Part shown: one piece after another, positions 24,960-38,500 of the stretch | Layout: the number at the start of each line of letters is the position of its first letter | Position numbering within the stretch: the first letter of the stretch is position 1 | NCBI RefSeq assembly: GCF_035594765.1 | Contig: NC_085846.1 | Location: forward strand, 117,601,190-117,665,189 | Source of the DNA: Anolis carolinensis | Lineage: Eukaryota | DNA length: 64,000 bases | Direction of reading: 5' to 3' | Position numbers and translations under genes: made by a program | Notes under the pieces: generated by a model | Told to the model about the DNA's origin: nothing | Database searches by the model: none | The model's input: the letters and a program-made list of their open reading frames with translations, nothing else

Positions 24960-25458
24960 CGTTTGTGCGCATGCTCAATCCTGGCGAGCTGCACGCATGC
25001 GCGGTAATCATGGCGGCAAGTCGTCCTGTCGGAGATAGCGGAGGTTCTTTGTGTGTGCGGTTGTGCAATCTTGGCGAGTTGCACGCATGCGCGTAATTCA
25101 TTGTGGCAAGTCCTGTCGGAGATGGGCCGTTGTGCGCATGCTCGTTCCGATGATTCTGGCGCAGGCTTCCAGTAGGTCGGACTTGGTGGTGCTTTGTGTG
25201 GGCGGTTGTGCGCATGCTCATTCCGATGATTCTGGCGCAGGCGCAGGGAAGCCCCGTGAGCCCGCGCCGCCCCCCCTCCCCGCGCCAGCAAAGGACATCC
25301 TTCGCCGAGTGATGAAGCGAGCCTCCATTGCTCCCGCCTCGCCTTCCGCGCATGCGCGCGCCTCGCCTGAGGGGAAAATGGCGGGCCTTGAGGCGGCCAT
25401 GGAGAGGCCAGGCCCGCCCTGAGGGGAACGAGCGCGGCGACGAGCGACGGCTCCCCTC
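24960..25458 (+). promoter_or_regulatory. CpG-island promoter/5' UTR of the KANSL1-family gene
   Basis: CpG-rich; repeated NRF1-like GCGCATGC motifs, perfect GCGCATGCGC at ~25348, YY1-like AAAATGGCGG at 25375-25384. Confidence 0.75.
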
Positions 25459-25862
25459 ATGGCCTCCCTCCCGGCTGCTTCCCCGCCCTCCCCTCCGCCG
25501 CCTCCGCCTGAGGAGAAGGCCGAGGCCCGGCAGGCCGCGCTGTGGGGCCGAGCGCGGAGCCTGTGCCGCCGCTTGCGGGCGCTGCAGGCCCGGCAAGTGG
25601 AGCGGCACGTCCGGCAGCAGCTGGCCGGCCTGGCGGCGGCGCCTTCTTCCGTCTCTCCCGCCACTTTGGGCCCGGAGCTCCGCCGCTTGGCCTCCTCAGC
25701 CACCGCCCGCCTCCGCGCCGCCCAGCTCGGCTGCGACTCCGACGCCACCGCCTCCTCGGCCTCCTCCTCGGTGTCCTCCTCCTCTTCCTCCTGCTGCTCC
25801 TCCTCGTCGTCGTCGGACAGCGAGGACCCCGAGGCGCCCCCGCCGACGCCCCCAGACCCCCG
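25459..25862 (+). CDS. KANSL1-like coding exon 1 (coiled-coil region)
   Basis: [41 protein letters not shown]; donor CG|gtaagc. Start codon inferred from the in-frame stop at 25420. Confidence 0.85.
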
Positions 25863-26531
25863 GTAAGCCCCGAAAGCAGGCCTCAGAGCGGTTCTCCCTT
25901 CCTCCTTTTCCTCCTCCTCGTGTTCTTCTCCTCCTCCTTTACCTCACCTTCCTCTTCTCTCTCTCCTTCTGTTTCTCCCTTCCCTGTTGTTTTTCTTCTC
26001 CTTCTTCCTCCCCTCCTTCCTTTCCTCTCGTTCCTCTCATCCTCCTTTTCCCTTCTCCTCATGCACTTCCCCCCTTTTCCTCTTCTTCAGCTCATCCTTT
26101 TATTTATTTATTTATTACAACATTTATATCCCGCCCTTCTCACCCAAGAGAGGACTCAGGGCGGCTTACACACACATAAAAACTGTACAGTACCTTTTCT
26201 CCTCTTCCTCTCCTTTTCTCTTTCTTCTTCGTGTTCTTTCTCTCTCCTTTTGTGTCTCTTTTCTTCTTCCTCTCCCTTAACCTGTTCTCCATCTCTTCCT
26301 TCCCCTAGTGTTTTTTATTCTTCCTTCTCTTCCCCTCTTCCTTTCTCCCCTCTTTTTTCTCATGTCTTCTTCCTCCCCCGCCCAGTTCTTTTCTTCCTCC
26401 TTTTCCTCCTCATCTTCTCTTTCCTTCTCTTCTTGTTCTACTATTCTTCCTTTTCATTTTCTCCGTTCCTTCCTTTTTTCTCCTCTTCTTCTCCTCTTTC
26501 CCCCTTCTTCCTCACCCCTTTACTTTACCTT

Positions 26532-26579
<48 letters not shown>

Positions 26580-29500
26580 CTGTTTCTCTTCTCCCTGTTG
26601 TTTTTTATCCTCATTCTCCCCCTTCCTTTCCTCCTCTTCTTCCTATCTCTCCCCCTCCATGTTTTCTTTCTCCTCCTTTTCCTCTTCTTTCCTCCTTCTC
26701 TTCCTCCTCCTTTCCCTTTTCTACTATTCTTCCATTTCATTTTCTCCTTCCCCTCCTTCTCTTCATGATCTTTTTCTCCTTTATCTCACCTCCGTCTTCT
26801 CTTATTTCTTTCCCCCTCTGTTGTTGTTCTCCTTCTCTTTCTCCTCCTTTATTCTCTTCTACATCTCATCCTCCTTTTCCCTTCCTCTTTGTGTTCTTTC
26901 CTTTTCTCTTCTTCCCCCTCCTCCTTTTTTCCTTCCTCTTCCTCATGTTCTTTCTCTCTTCCCTTTCCTCTCATTTCTTCTTCCTATCCCCATCCCTGTT
27001 CTCCTTCTCCATTTCCTCTTCTTCTCTCCTCCTTCTCTTCCTCTTCCTCCTCATGTTTTTCTATTCCTACTTTCCCACCTCTTCCCCTCCTCTTTTCATC
27101 TTCTTCCTTTTCTTTTCCCCTTCCTCCTCCTCCTCTTCTTTCCCCTCCTCTTGTTCTTTCTCTCCTTTTCCTCTCCTCTCTATTTTTTCTTCTTCTCCCA
27201 GAATTTTGTTTGCCTCCTTCTCTTTTTGCTTTTTCTCTTCTTCTTCCCTCTCCTCATGTTCTTTCACTCCTTCTTCTCCTTCTCATTCCCCTTTTTCTCT
27301 TTTCTTTCTTGAACTTCTTCCCCTCCTACTCTTTCTTTTCCACTTCTTCTTCCCCCTTCCTCCTTTTCTTCCTCTTTTTCTTCTTCTTTCACCCATCCTC
27401 TTTCTTTTTCCTTCTCATCCTCTTCCTTTTCCTCTTCTCATCTTCTCTCCCACTTCTTTCTCTCCCCTTGTTATTGTTGTCCTCCTTCTTCACCCTTTCT
27501 TCTTCTTCCCCCTCCTCTTCCTTCCCCTTGTCTTCCTTTCTTCATCCTCCTTTATCCTCCTCCTCCTCTTTCTTCTTCATCCTATCCTATTCCTTTCTTT
27601 TTTTTACTTTTTCAGTTTCTCTCCTTTTTTCCTCTCCTCTTTGTCCTCTTTATCTCTCTACCATTCTTTCTTTTATTTTATTTACTTCATTTCTATTCTA
27701 TCTTGCTCTTCTTCCCTCTAGGGACTCAGTAAGGCTAATAAAAACATAACACTGCACAATGCAATTTAAAAGCAAGGCAAACACATATTACTATAGACAT
27801 TGTTTAAAAACCAATAAAATATTTGTTTCATGGATACGAAAGGTAAAATAATAATTACATTAATAAGTAAATATCCTTCCCACAAATCCCATCCACAGCT
27901 TCCCCAGCAACGTGCCCCTCCTTCTCCCCCAAATGCCTGATTGCAAAGATGTGTCTTAACCTGCTTGCAAAGGGGGAGGGAGTTCCAAAGTCCAAGTGGA
28001 GCAACCACCAAAAAGGCCCTCTCTCCCTCTTTCCCACGAAATATGCCTGAGAAGGTGGTGGGACAGAGAGAAGGGCCTTCCTAGAGGATCATAGATTTTA
28101 AGACGCTTCTCATCTTTCCTCTCCTTTTCTTTTTCTTTTTCTCCTCCTCCTCCTCCTCTTTTTTTGGTATATGCTGAGGTTTTGTTGGCGCACACCCAGG
28201 AATACCAAAATCTGTAGGTGCTTATAGGTGCTTAGAATCGTAGAGTTTGAAGAGAACACAAAGGCCAGCCAGTCCAACCCAACTGTATAATGCTGTAATA
28301 ATAATAATAATAATAATTTTATTCTTGTATCCCGCCCCATCTCCCCGTAGGGACTCGGGGCGGCTCACATGGGGCCTTGCCCAACATCACAATATAAAAA
28401 CAAATCAAAACACATAAATTTACAACAATAAATCAACAATATCAGTAAAACCATCATAAAAACAATATTGCAGGAAAAAGCGTTAAAAACAGATATAAAA
28501 CACAAGTCTAGGCCAAAGGGCGAATGTGTCAAAGTAAGTAAGAAGTTAACTTTGCATTCTGAAATCTAGCATTTGCATAAATGCAAGGCAGAGGGATTGG
28601 TTTTGTCTATATAAGTCTTCAAATCATCTAGGGTTCGTAGGATTTTCTTAGGCAATGGATATGTGTCATTTTCCTCCCCTGAAACACAGCTTATATTCCC
28701 TGTCCAAGTACTAAATGACAAAACCCACTATTGTGCCTTTCAACTTGAAAGCTCTTGGAATGGGTAAGAAATCCGAAACAGAAAAAAAGAGAGCAGCCTG
28801 AGCGCCAGGGAGGTGTAGTGGTTTGTGCATTGGATTAGACACCTGTGGGCCACGCAGCCCTCCAAGGTCATTTACTTGCACCCGCCCTAAATTTTAGACG
28901 TGGGTTGCTCTGAGTCTGAAACTATTTGAAGGCCCACAACAACAATCCTCATTAACATGACTCTCATCAGTCAAAAATCAGGCCCACTCTTCCCATTGAA
29001 ATACTGGTAAGCTATGTTGGTTTAAATCGTTCTTCATTTTAAACACTGTCTTGTTCTTTCATGTTTTTTACACTACAAATAAGATATGTGCAGTGTTAAT
29101 AGGAATTTGTTTTTTTTTTCAAATGGTAGTCTCTTCCCTCCCCCAACAGATTTGAGGAACCATGAACTGGCCCTCGGCTTAAAACGTTTGAGGACCCCTG
29201 CACTAGGTGACCTTGGGCATGTCACATCCTCTCAGTCTCAGAGAAAGACAGAGGCAAGCCCCTCTGAACCAATCTTGTCAAGAAAACCCTATTGTACTTT
29301 AGGCTTAGGTTTGCAGTAAGCCAGAAACAATTTGAAGGCACGCAATACAACAGAGCAGCCTGGCTAAGAACAGCAGGATGAGATTATAAAACCATAGTGA
29401 CCATTGAGGGGCAGGAAATGAACATTTTTGTTTGCCATTTTCTGTTAACATTATTGGTTTTGAAAGGCGAAACCAGCATTAGCACAGCATTAGTTTCAAG

Positions 29501-32500
29501 TTATACCGTGTTCAAGAATTGTTTTAACAATGCTTTGTTGAATGACCCAGAATCAGACTTGCAACGTCAGCATGCCTAAGTAAGGATTTTTCATTATTAA
29601 AAATTTCCTTAAGAGTTTATAGGGATTGAGGAGGGCCTTTTGTGGCTGGCATAAGTGATCTGAGAATCAGTGCTTTCTGTGACCAGAGGGTTTTTTATGG
29701 GGTACTATTTGTCTTTGATGGTGGGTGATTTATGGCGTCCTGTGTTTGGAGATAGTGGTGTTATGGGTTGGGCTTCCCTTCATGTGTCATTGAGTGTATG
29801 AGCTTTAAGGGCACATCTTTTGCAGCATATATTTTTCTGCTATGTGTTTTCCTGAGGATTACTAGCTTTCCTTCTGTGAAAAATATATGTATGCATTGGT
29901 GTTGTGTTTGTGGGCTGATACATGATTTTGCATTTATGAGCCACAAATCTGTGTTAAGGACCTCTGCTCTAAAGAATCTGTGACCTCCTTGATGAGGGAA
30001 TTCCTTTATATTGACCAAACAACTGAACAGACTTTGAAATACACCAGTATTAGGCAACTGGAGTCAAGGAGTCAGATGATGGCTAGTATAAAAAGGATGC
30101 ATATTGGGGAAAGCTACCTTTTTGGTTTAAGGAGGACAAATCCACTAGAACTTCAGATTAAAACCAACAGCCTGGGTTAATTCAATGTAAAGCAAGAGAA
30201 ATCAATGTGTCTATATTTTAATGCACAACCTGGTAGTGTCATTTTGTACCAGTTGAACTTTCAAAACATTTTTTATGGACAGCACAATGTAAGAGAGTGT
30301 TCTAATAATCAAGTGGGCGGTAACCAGAACATCCAGAAAAAGACATAGCTAGTTAAGCAGCTATGTGCTAAGTTGGGTTGAAAGTGGGGTGAGCCAAGAG
30401 CCCTTAACTTAGAAAGAGCTCTTTGTTGTCATTTCAGCCTTTGATTCACTCCCTGATTGTATAAATATATAAAGTTCTGAAATGAGTGTAAAGGGTATTA
30501 AGGTAAATAAACTTTTAAGTCAAAGCCCCACAAAATTAATATTTGTGTACCAGCAGGTGCACTGGAGAAATGCATCCAGAGTAATTTCCTATGCTGGATT
30601 TGAAGATGAGTCTCTCCATTCCACACGCTACTTTATTTCTGTTTGAACCCAAAGAACATCTAATTATAAATATAGTACTAGCCCCATAGCGATGAGACCA
30701 GCATCTGCAATGTTATTTATCCGTACTTGACAAAATATGTCCATCTAGTCATCACAGGGACAGAAAGTGAGGTGAAATCCTCTGAGCAGGGGCACAGACA
30801 GCGAAACAAACACCATAGGAGTGTTAACCCTTCTCTATGCTATCCAAAGGTTATCTAGCTAGCTAGCTGGAGTTACATTTAAAATGTATCTGTTACAACT
30901 TACAAATAAATTCAACTTAAGAACAAACCTTCAGAACTTATCTTGTTTGTAATTTGGGTACTGCCTGTATACAGAGGGAAGAGGAAAACCAATAAACTGT
31001 GCCTGAAGATTGAATGGAAAATAGCATTCCCAGAGCTTTGGAAAAGAAGACAGACTTCATTTGTTCCTAGCTTTAAGGTTCTGTCTTTGCATACAGTAAG
31101 ATAGTTTCCTAGAATGTAAATGCTGTCAAAGGGGCTGAGTGAGAGACATAAAATCCAAGGCATGTAACCTGCTAAGAACATCAATCTTCCCATTATTAAA
31201 AAAATCCAGTGATCCCCTAAAATCATTAATTCTCGCAGTATCTAATGCAGTCTTTTATTCAGTGTAAACAACCTCCCTCTACCTTATAGGACCAGCTCCA
31301 CGTAAGGCCAGAAAATAAATCAAATGTCATATTCCAAACCCAGCATTGAAATGATAAAACTCCTGATTTCCTTGGGTCCATAGCTTCAACCCATGCTGAC
31401 AATGGAAAAGGAGAAAAGTACTTAATATAGAAACTAAGCCTGTCTTTTTTTTTTTACTAGTTTGCTTTTGGCTTGCATTCTGCAAGTCCCCTTTACTAGC
31501 AAAAAGGAAACTGGTAAGAACAATAACTAAAAGCGAATACTCTTTGTGGTTTTTATTGACACTGGCCTAAATCCAGTGTTTAAAAGTATTACATAGACCA
31601 ACTGAACGGACAAGAAAATCAACAGTTATGTAAACTTTACTGATTCAATGGTTTTACTTTAGTTGTGACTAAACATGGTGTGCGCACTACAGGAAATCTT
31701 TTAGTTTTTTTCATAACTTCTCATTAACAATTTCAAGCCAGTGCTCAGAATATTGACAGACATCCAAAATAAACATCACTCCCCTAAACAAAGAAAACAT
31801 TTCCGCTGCTACAGATTTTAACACTTTCCTCTGCAAACCTTTGCTTTTTGTTCAACTTGTAGAAGGACACATTTCTACCAGGCAAAAATTTACAGGATTC
31901 TCATTCAGTGTAATGTCATTGAGTCTTGGGATAAAAGTTTAGATTTAGACAAAGGGCAAAACAGGATGCACTGTCTTACATTTTTTCAAAAGAGAAAATG
32001 AGAAGCAAAAAGACTTTGGTTTTACTAGGCGCGGCCAGAATAGAAACACTGAGAACTTGGAAAGCATTATAAGCTGTCAAAGGTTGACCTGCAAAAATAA
32101 TCTAGCATGAGGGGAAATTAATATTTTTTTTTTACAGTATGACTTTTGTATCCACGGAACTGATATATGTGGTTTCACTTATCCACCGTTTCACTTATTC
32201 ACTTAAGGCCTCCTGCATTCTCTTCTCAGTCCACTGTCCCATCGAAAGTAACATGGTTCACTTGGTTCACTCATACCGCTTTTCTCACCCTTTGAGGGGG
32301 ACTCAAAACGGTTCACAACATAGTAAATGGCAAAGATTCAATGCCTCACACCCATATAAAAGAACATTACAAGTCTAAAAGCAATCGTATATAACCACAC
32401 AAAGTCTGGGATATTATGCATTATGGTTTCCATCCTTTTCACATATGATAGATAATAATCCAGACCAGACACTCAGGTGGTCTTGCCAAGAAAACCCTGT

Positions 32501-35500
32501 GTATGTTTGCCTTAGAAGTACCACAAAACAGAAAGAACTTGGAGGCACAGAACACAACAGCATCTTCTTTAAAGAGATATCATTCTGGTCCTGATAGCCT
32601 GGTTAACAAGATCTCAAAATATTTACATCTGCCTTCAGTTTGGCAAATTGCCAGTTATCTCACTTTTTATCCCACAACATTGTCCTCTGGGACTGTCTCA
32701 AGTGAGGCTATGCACTTAAGGCACTGGCTATCTTCTTGCAAGCCCTTGTATAAAACAAGATTTGGTTGACATGGATGAAGTGTCACATACTTCTGTGTTT
32801 GCTGCTGTAAAAATGAAGAACTAGAGAGATCAAAATGACAATATTTGCTGCAGTGCGTTGTCAGGATGGACAAAGCACACACAGCCTTGACCCCCTATCA
32901 ATTTTTCTTATTGTGAAAGGATAAATGAGCATTCCTAAGAACATCTAGAAGTTGACACCCGCCTTTCAAAGAGGCTACAGAGCCCACCCTTGACTTCTGG
33001 ACATCAAAGCATTTTTCAAAAACAGAAATAGACTGCCTACAATCCTGTGTTTGTTTTCCATCCTTGTTCTAACGCAATGAAGCTAATGGTTGCAGGCTCT
33101 GTTTGATGGAGATTGGGAACTAAAGATTGCTCTTCCATCCTGAAAGAAATCAAGCTTCACCACTGAGTAGCAAAGACATGTGCGCACAAGAGTCAGCAGC
33201 ACTGCAGGGGCTATCAGGGAGCAAACAAATGGTTTCATTCTAAAAAGATTAGTCTGCATTGTTAGAGCAAGACTGCAAAACTAGAATCAACTTTTCAGGC
33301 TTGACCACTATTTGGTTGTTACCACTCTGATATTTCCACAATTATAACTTGTCTTAAATTGAAACATTACCAGGTTAACACATTGCAGATGAACATGCCA
33401 GACTTGTAGATGTGGGGGGAGGGGGGGGGGGAGGTGGTTTTATAATCTAATTTCATTTTTTTGAATTTAACAGGACACCAGAAAGGCAAATTACTGACTC
33501 ACACGCATTTTAATAGCACTGCAGCATTTCCAATTCACAGAGTAAATGGATAGTGCAATCAGATTGTTCTAATCTTTCCAGAGAGGCTTAATTTGCTCAG
33601 CTGATTTTGAGTCTCGCACAAACTCTACCCCTGATAGAAATGAAGGTCCTTTCACAAGATGAAAAAGCCATAGATGGCATTTATTTGTCCTCAATACACG
33701 CTTGGGAGACAGCATTTTTCAAGGCAGCAACATAAATGAAATTTCATAATCTGCCTCAATATTAAATGTTGCTTTCTAAAGCTGAGGAACTAAATAACTT
33801 AAGTTTGACTCTTTGCAAAAAGCTTTAAAGGATTCTCTTTCACTCTACATGAAACACTTCATGCACGATAGCATTCTATCTACATAGCTATATTTCTCTT
33901 GTGGACTCCTCAGATTTTTAGTACTGTGGAGCCCTAGAGATCGCTGAAAAGAGAATTCTGCACACCTCGCTGAACATGAGATGCTGCCATAACAGTTAGT
34001 TCTATCAAAGTGTTGTAATTGTATAGTGTGAAAAAGACCTATGAAAATGAGAACTACCACCAATTGCGTTTGAAATACAGACAATCCCCAAGTTGCAGAT
34101 AAGAGAAACAAGCACTGATGATAATGCTCTAGTGGAGACCTCTTTCCCCCAACTCTGTCAGGAGTGAACTTCCCTTCCAGGGGGTAGATTTCCCTCGCTT
34201 CTTCTTGTCTCAGCCCTGGGATCCTTTGCATGTTGGATGCTTGCAACTCGGGGACTGCCTGTAGTTCTTTAATTGTCTATCCTGAGTTTGTACGTTTCAG
34301 GTGTGTCATTTAATAGTGTGTAGATCTGAGTCCTAGTTTCAGATCTCAGATTTAATGTTAAGAGGAAGACAAAACTAAATTGTGACAATTCTGCTGCGTA
34401 TCCTGAAATGGTTAAATATTTTCAGTTGACAACGATAGTAGTGTAGAAACTTCCCTCTGACTCCCCCTCTTCAGGCTGGGGATTTATGTGTCTTGCCAGC
34501 TCTTGCTGAACTGCAGCCTCCCAGCATTTACTGCCACCAGTTGAGTGTCCTAGGCCTGATGGATGTAGGAGTCTAACAATATTTATTTATTTATTTATTT
34601 AGAGCATTTATATTCCGCCCTTCTCACCCCGAAGGGGACTCAGGGGGGATCACATTACACATATAGGCAAACATTCAATGCCTTTTAACATAGAACAAAG
34701 ACAAGACAAACATAGGCTCCGAGCGGGCCTCGAACCCATTCCCTCCTGGTCAGAGTGATTCGTTGCCGTGATTCATTGCAGCTGCTCTCCAGCCTGCGCC
34801 ACAGCCCGAGCTGGAAAGCCACCCAATTCCCACCTCAGATGTAGCTCAGTAGTGTCTGATCCAGAGCGATTCTAGAATTTCAGATCAGAGTTTTTCTTCA
34901 CTTTCCCTAGAAATGTCAAGAGATAGTGAACCTGGGAACTAATGCTTCCAACAGGTGTTCTGCCACTGAACTGTGAGCTTTACCTAAAGACCTTAGCTTA
35001 ATTTAGAAAGCGTTTTCAGAAAATTGTATTAATAAGGATTCTGTTTCTCTTTTGGGGTTTTTGAAATAAATGTTTTTTTCTTCTGTTGTAAAGAAAAGTG
35101 GGAATATTTGTTTCAGTGGCAGTGAACCCAATTCAGAACGTTCTGTTCCAAATGGGTTTGCTACTATAAATCCCCTAGGTTCTAAGGCAGGGGGACAGGC
35201 CAGTTATCATTCATATGTTTTCCTGTTTTTCATCAGAACAACAGAAAAAGAGCTCAGAGGTCTTCAGGAATTGAGAACATGATGGGGATTTGTTGCCTTG
35301 TGGAAATGTTTTGGGACAGAGTGAGTAAGGGTCAAGCTGGCAAAAGGGCAAATGTGGTAGAAAGAGCAAGGGACTTCATAATGGCTGAAAGTAGTGCATC
35401 TGGAGGAGTGTTTTATCCAGGCGAGGATCAAACAGGATATGAGAACAGGGCCAGCAAGGTCATGGAGGGCTATGTGGGAGCTGGTTTTAGGTCCAGGAGC

Positions 35501-38500
35501 AGAAATAAAGCCCTTGGGAAATCACAGCAGGAAGTGGAGTGATCCAAGCAATAGCCACAGATGCCTTTGGCGGTAGGAGTTCTGATCCTGAGATAAGTGA
35601 ACATTAGCACAGTCACAGAAGTTTCCAGTCCCCTCCTTTCCCTGTGAGCCACAAAGACCACTCTTGGGAATCCACGAATAATGATGAAGTGCTAAAATTA
35701 CAGAGTGGAGGAGGGATAGGAAACTTTCTTTTTGTGAATGTCCTTATGGTGACTTCACTTGTGCTTAGGGAAGGAGATATACATTAAATTAATAAGAAGG
35801 GGCTATCCAGCTTATTTCCTCATTTCCTGTGGTGAACCCACAAACAGAGCAGGAAAGTAGTAAGCTGTCTTCTACTGTATATATCAGTTGTTACTTGGAA
35901 ACATATTTCCTTTGATACGTTTGGAAGTAGTAAATGGCCTTTGTCAGCTCCCTAAATTATGTCTGATTTGCTTTTTAAAGCCTTACCAATGGATGGATAA
36001 GTCTGCAGTATATTGCTGTGCAGTCCTGGGTTTAATTGTCTCATAGCCTACAAGGTCTTGTCCATGATACTTAAATGTTTTTGTTTTACTTTTCTTCAAG
36101 AAGGAGGTGGCACTTTGATTCTTAAAAGACTGGATTTTAAAAGGCACGATCTTTCTTGCTAGAAACACATGAATTGGGACATGGCATGGGGAAATGAAAT
36201 TTATTGCTTTTAGTAGGCATTTGCTATATACTTGTCACTTATGTATGTCTTATAATTAGAACTATGCAAAGAGATTGAAGTGTGAGAAAGTGTTGCTAAC
36301 AACATGCAAACGCTTCCTTTTCAGGCGACGGCTAGCCGAGCACCAGTGGGCCGTGGAGAGAGCGGCCATCATCTGCCGATGGACCTGGCTGCAGGCTCAG
36401 GTGACGGACCTGGAGTATCGCATAAGGCAGCAGACCGACGTTTACAAGCAACTTCGTGCCAACAAGGTCAGGCAGTTTCAGACTTTTCAGGAGATTTATT
36501 TTAACTTCCTCTTTTAGCGTCACTAGATCACTATTTAGATAATACACCAAATGTCATCCAAGAGGGTTACAGCTGTGCACTATAGGTCTGGATTATCGTG
36601 GAAATTTCGGACTAGATTAACAATAGAATAAGGATATATACTAATGAAAAATCTGAGGCTGATAATTTGTGGTTTGACTTTGTAGCCAGTTGCTATTTTT
36701 AGCAATATGAAAATGTTCCCCTTTGAGCTAGGTGGGCCTTTGTTGGGATTTCAGAGTGTTTAATTTGTTAATGACCACAGTTCTTAAAAGAAATAAATCA
36801 GATTCTTTGAATTATATGGTCTGGATTCTAACACTGAGATTGTAATGATGGCCTACTTTTAAGAGTGTATCTTGTCTTACAAATCTGTTACGTTGTTCCT
36901 GAGTTGTTCCACATTGTTTTTCTTTCACACCCAGAATATACTTTGCTTTCTTTTTTTGGTCTCCACTCTTTAACAGAAGTTTTCAGATTTGATTTCTTCC
37001 TTAGACATCCTTTAATGGTGATATTTGCTGCTGAGTTGTCCTTGTGGTTGAAACGCTACAGAGTTACTTCTTTGCTTGAGGGGAACTAGTTCATCTTAAA
37101 TGCTGATAAGAATATCAGGCCTATTAACCACATGTACATTTAATCCAGTGAATTGATTGTGTGGGAAGATGCAATCAAACTGCATGATTTTCTTTGGTAC
37201 TCAGATGACACATCCTGAATTTAACATGTTCTCACATTGCGGCACCTGATAGAAACAGTTGTCTGTGTGATATTCACCTGGTGTCCTTTGAGTTGATGTT
37301 GATGGTTTAACTTAAGCTTTTAATTTTAAAAAGTTTAGTTGGTAGTGCATATAGTCCTTAAACTTTGTTTCATTTCAGTTTTCATACAAAACGAAACAAA
37401 ACCAGCAATTTTCTAGAAAAATACAAAAGTTTACTCACTTACGAACTGGCATGAAAATGTTTGGAATCTGAGTTGGATCAAAATTGGTTCACAAAAATGC
37501 AGTCTGGAGCAAAATACACAGAAACCTGAATTGTGTGTTTGAAAGATGTCCAAAGTACTGTATATATTCGAGTATAAGCCTAGTTTTTCAGCCCTTTTTT
37601 AAGACTGAAAAACAACCTCCTCGGCTTATACTTGGGTGAGGATTCTGGTGGGCTTATATTCAGATCGGCTTATACTCAAGTATATGTGGTATATTTATTA
37701 TTTTTCTCTATTATTATTGGTATTGTTACATTTATTTTACTCTATTAATTTTTATTATTACATTATTTTACTCTGTTGTCACATTTACATTTTACTCTAT
37801 TTTTATTATTAATACATTTATTATTTTACTGCATTTGTTGTTATTATTATTACATGTATTATTTCACTCTATTATTATTAAAAGGATACATAAGCACATT
37901 TCCATTGAAGAAGATGAAAATAATGATTTAATCAGAGTTGAACAATCATATCTTAAATTACAGTTTGATGTAAAGATTCAAAAACATTTAAACTACTGAA
38001 GCCTTAATTTTATTAGTATCTCGTCTTATACTGGAGTCAATGTTTTCCCAGCTTTTTTGTGGTAAAATTAGGTGCCTCGGCTTATATTCGGGTCGGCTTA
38101 TACTCGAGTATATATGGTAGTTGACATCTCAGGTCCAGAGCCTTACTGCGTTCTTAGCTTTGCTTAGTTAGATAACACAGCAAGTTTAATGACTTTCATG
38201 ATAAAGTATGTGGATTTGGTTAGGTTGATAAGCAGGTGGTATAGATAAGACTTCACAGAAGAGTCCCAAAATCTTCCTCTTACATCATTCTCTGCTACAG
38301 CCGTATAACCCAGAATATCAAGGCAGATAATCCACAATATCTGCTTTGAACTGAATTATCTGAGTCCATACTGTCATATAATTTAGTTCAATGTGAAATT
38401 CATACAGCTGTGTGAAAGGGGTCTTAGTTTGCGGATTGAGGAGTTTAATTCTAAATGTAGACAGTTTGTATTTGTGTGTGTATATCCTCAGCTTCTAGGA

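Noticed and set aside
24745-26179. Overlapping GC-rich ORFs on both strands around the first exon
   Set aside because: Expected stop-codon scarcity in a CpG island; only the 25459 frame has family motifs.
25542-27749. Long ORFs of 286-408 aa rich in F/L/S/P
   Set aside because: Artefacts of the purine-poor CT tract, which cannot form stop codons; they lie in intron 1.
29300-34400. Long repeat-poor intronic stretch, possibly a nested antisense 3' UTR or enhancer
   Set aside because: No ORF, splice structure or motif I could support without conservation or expression data.
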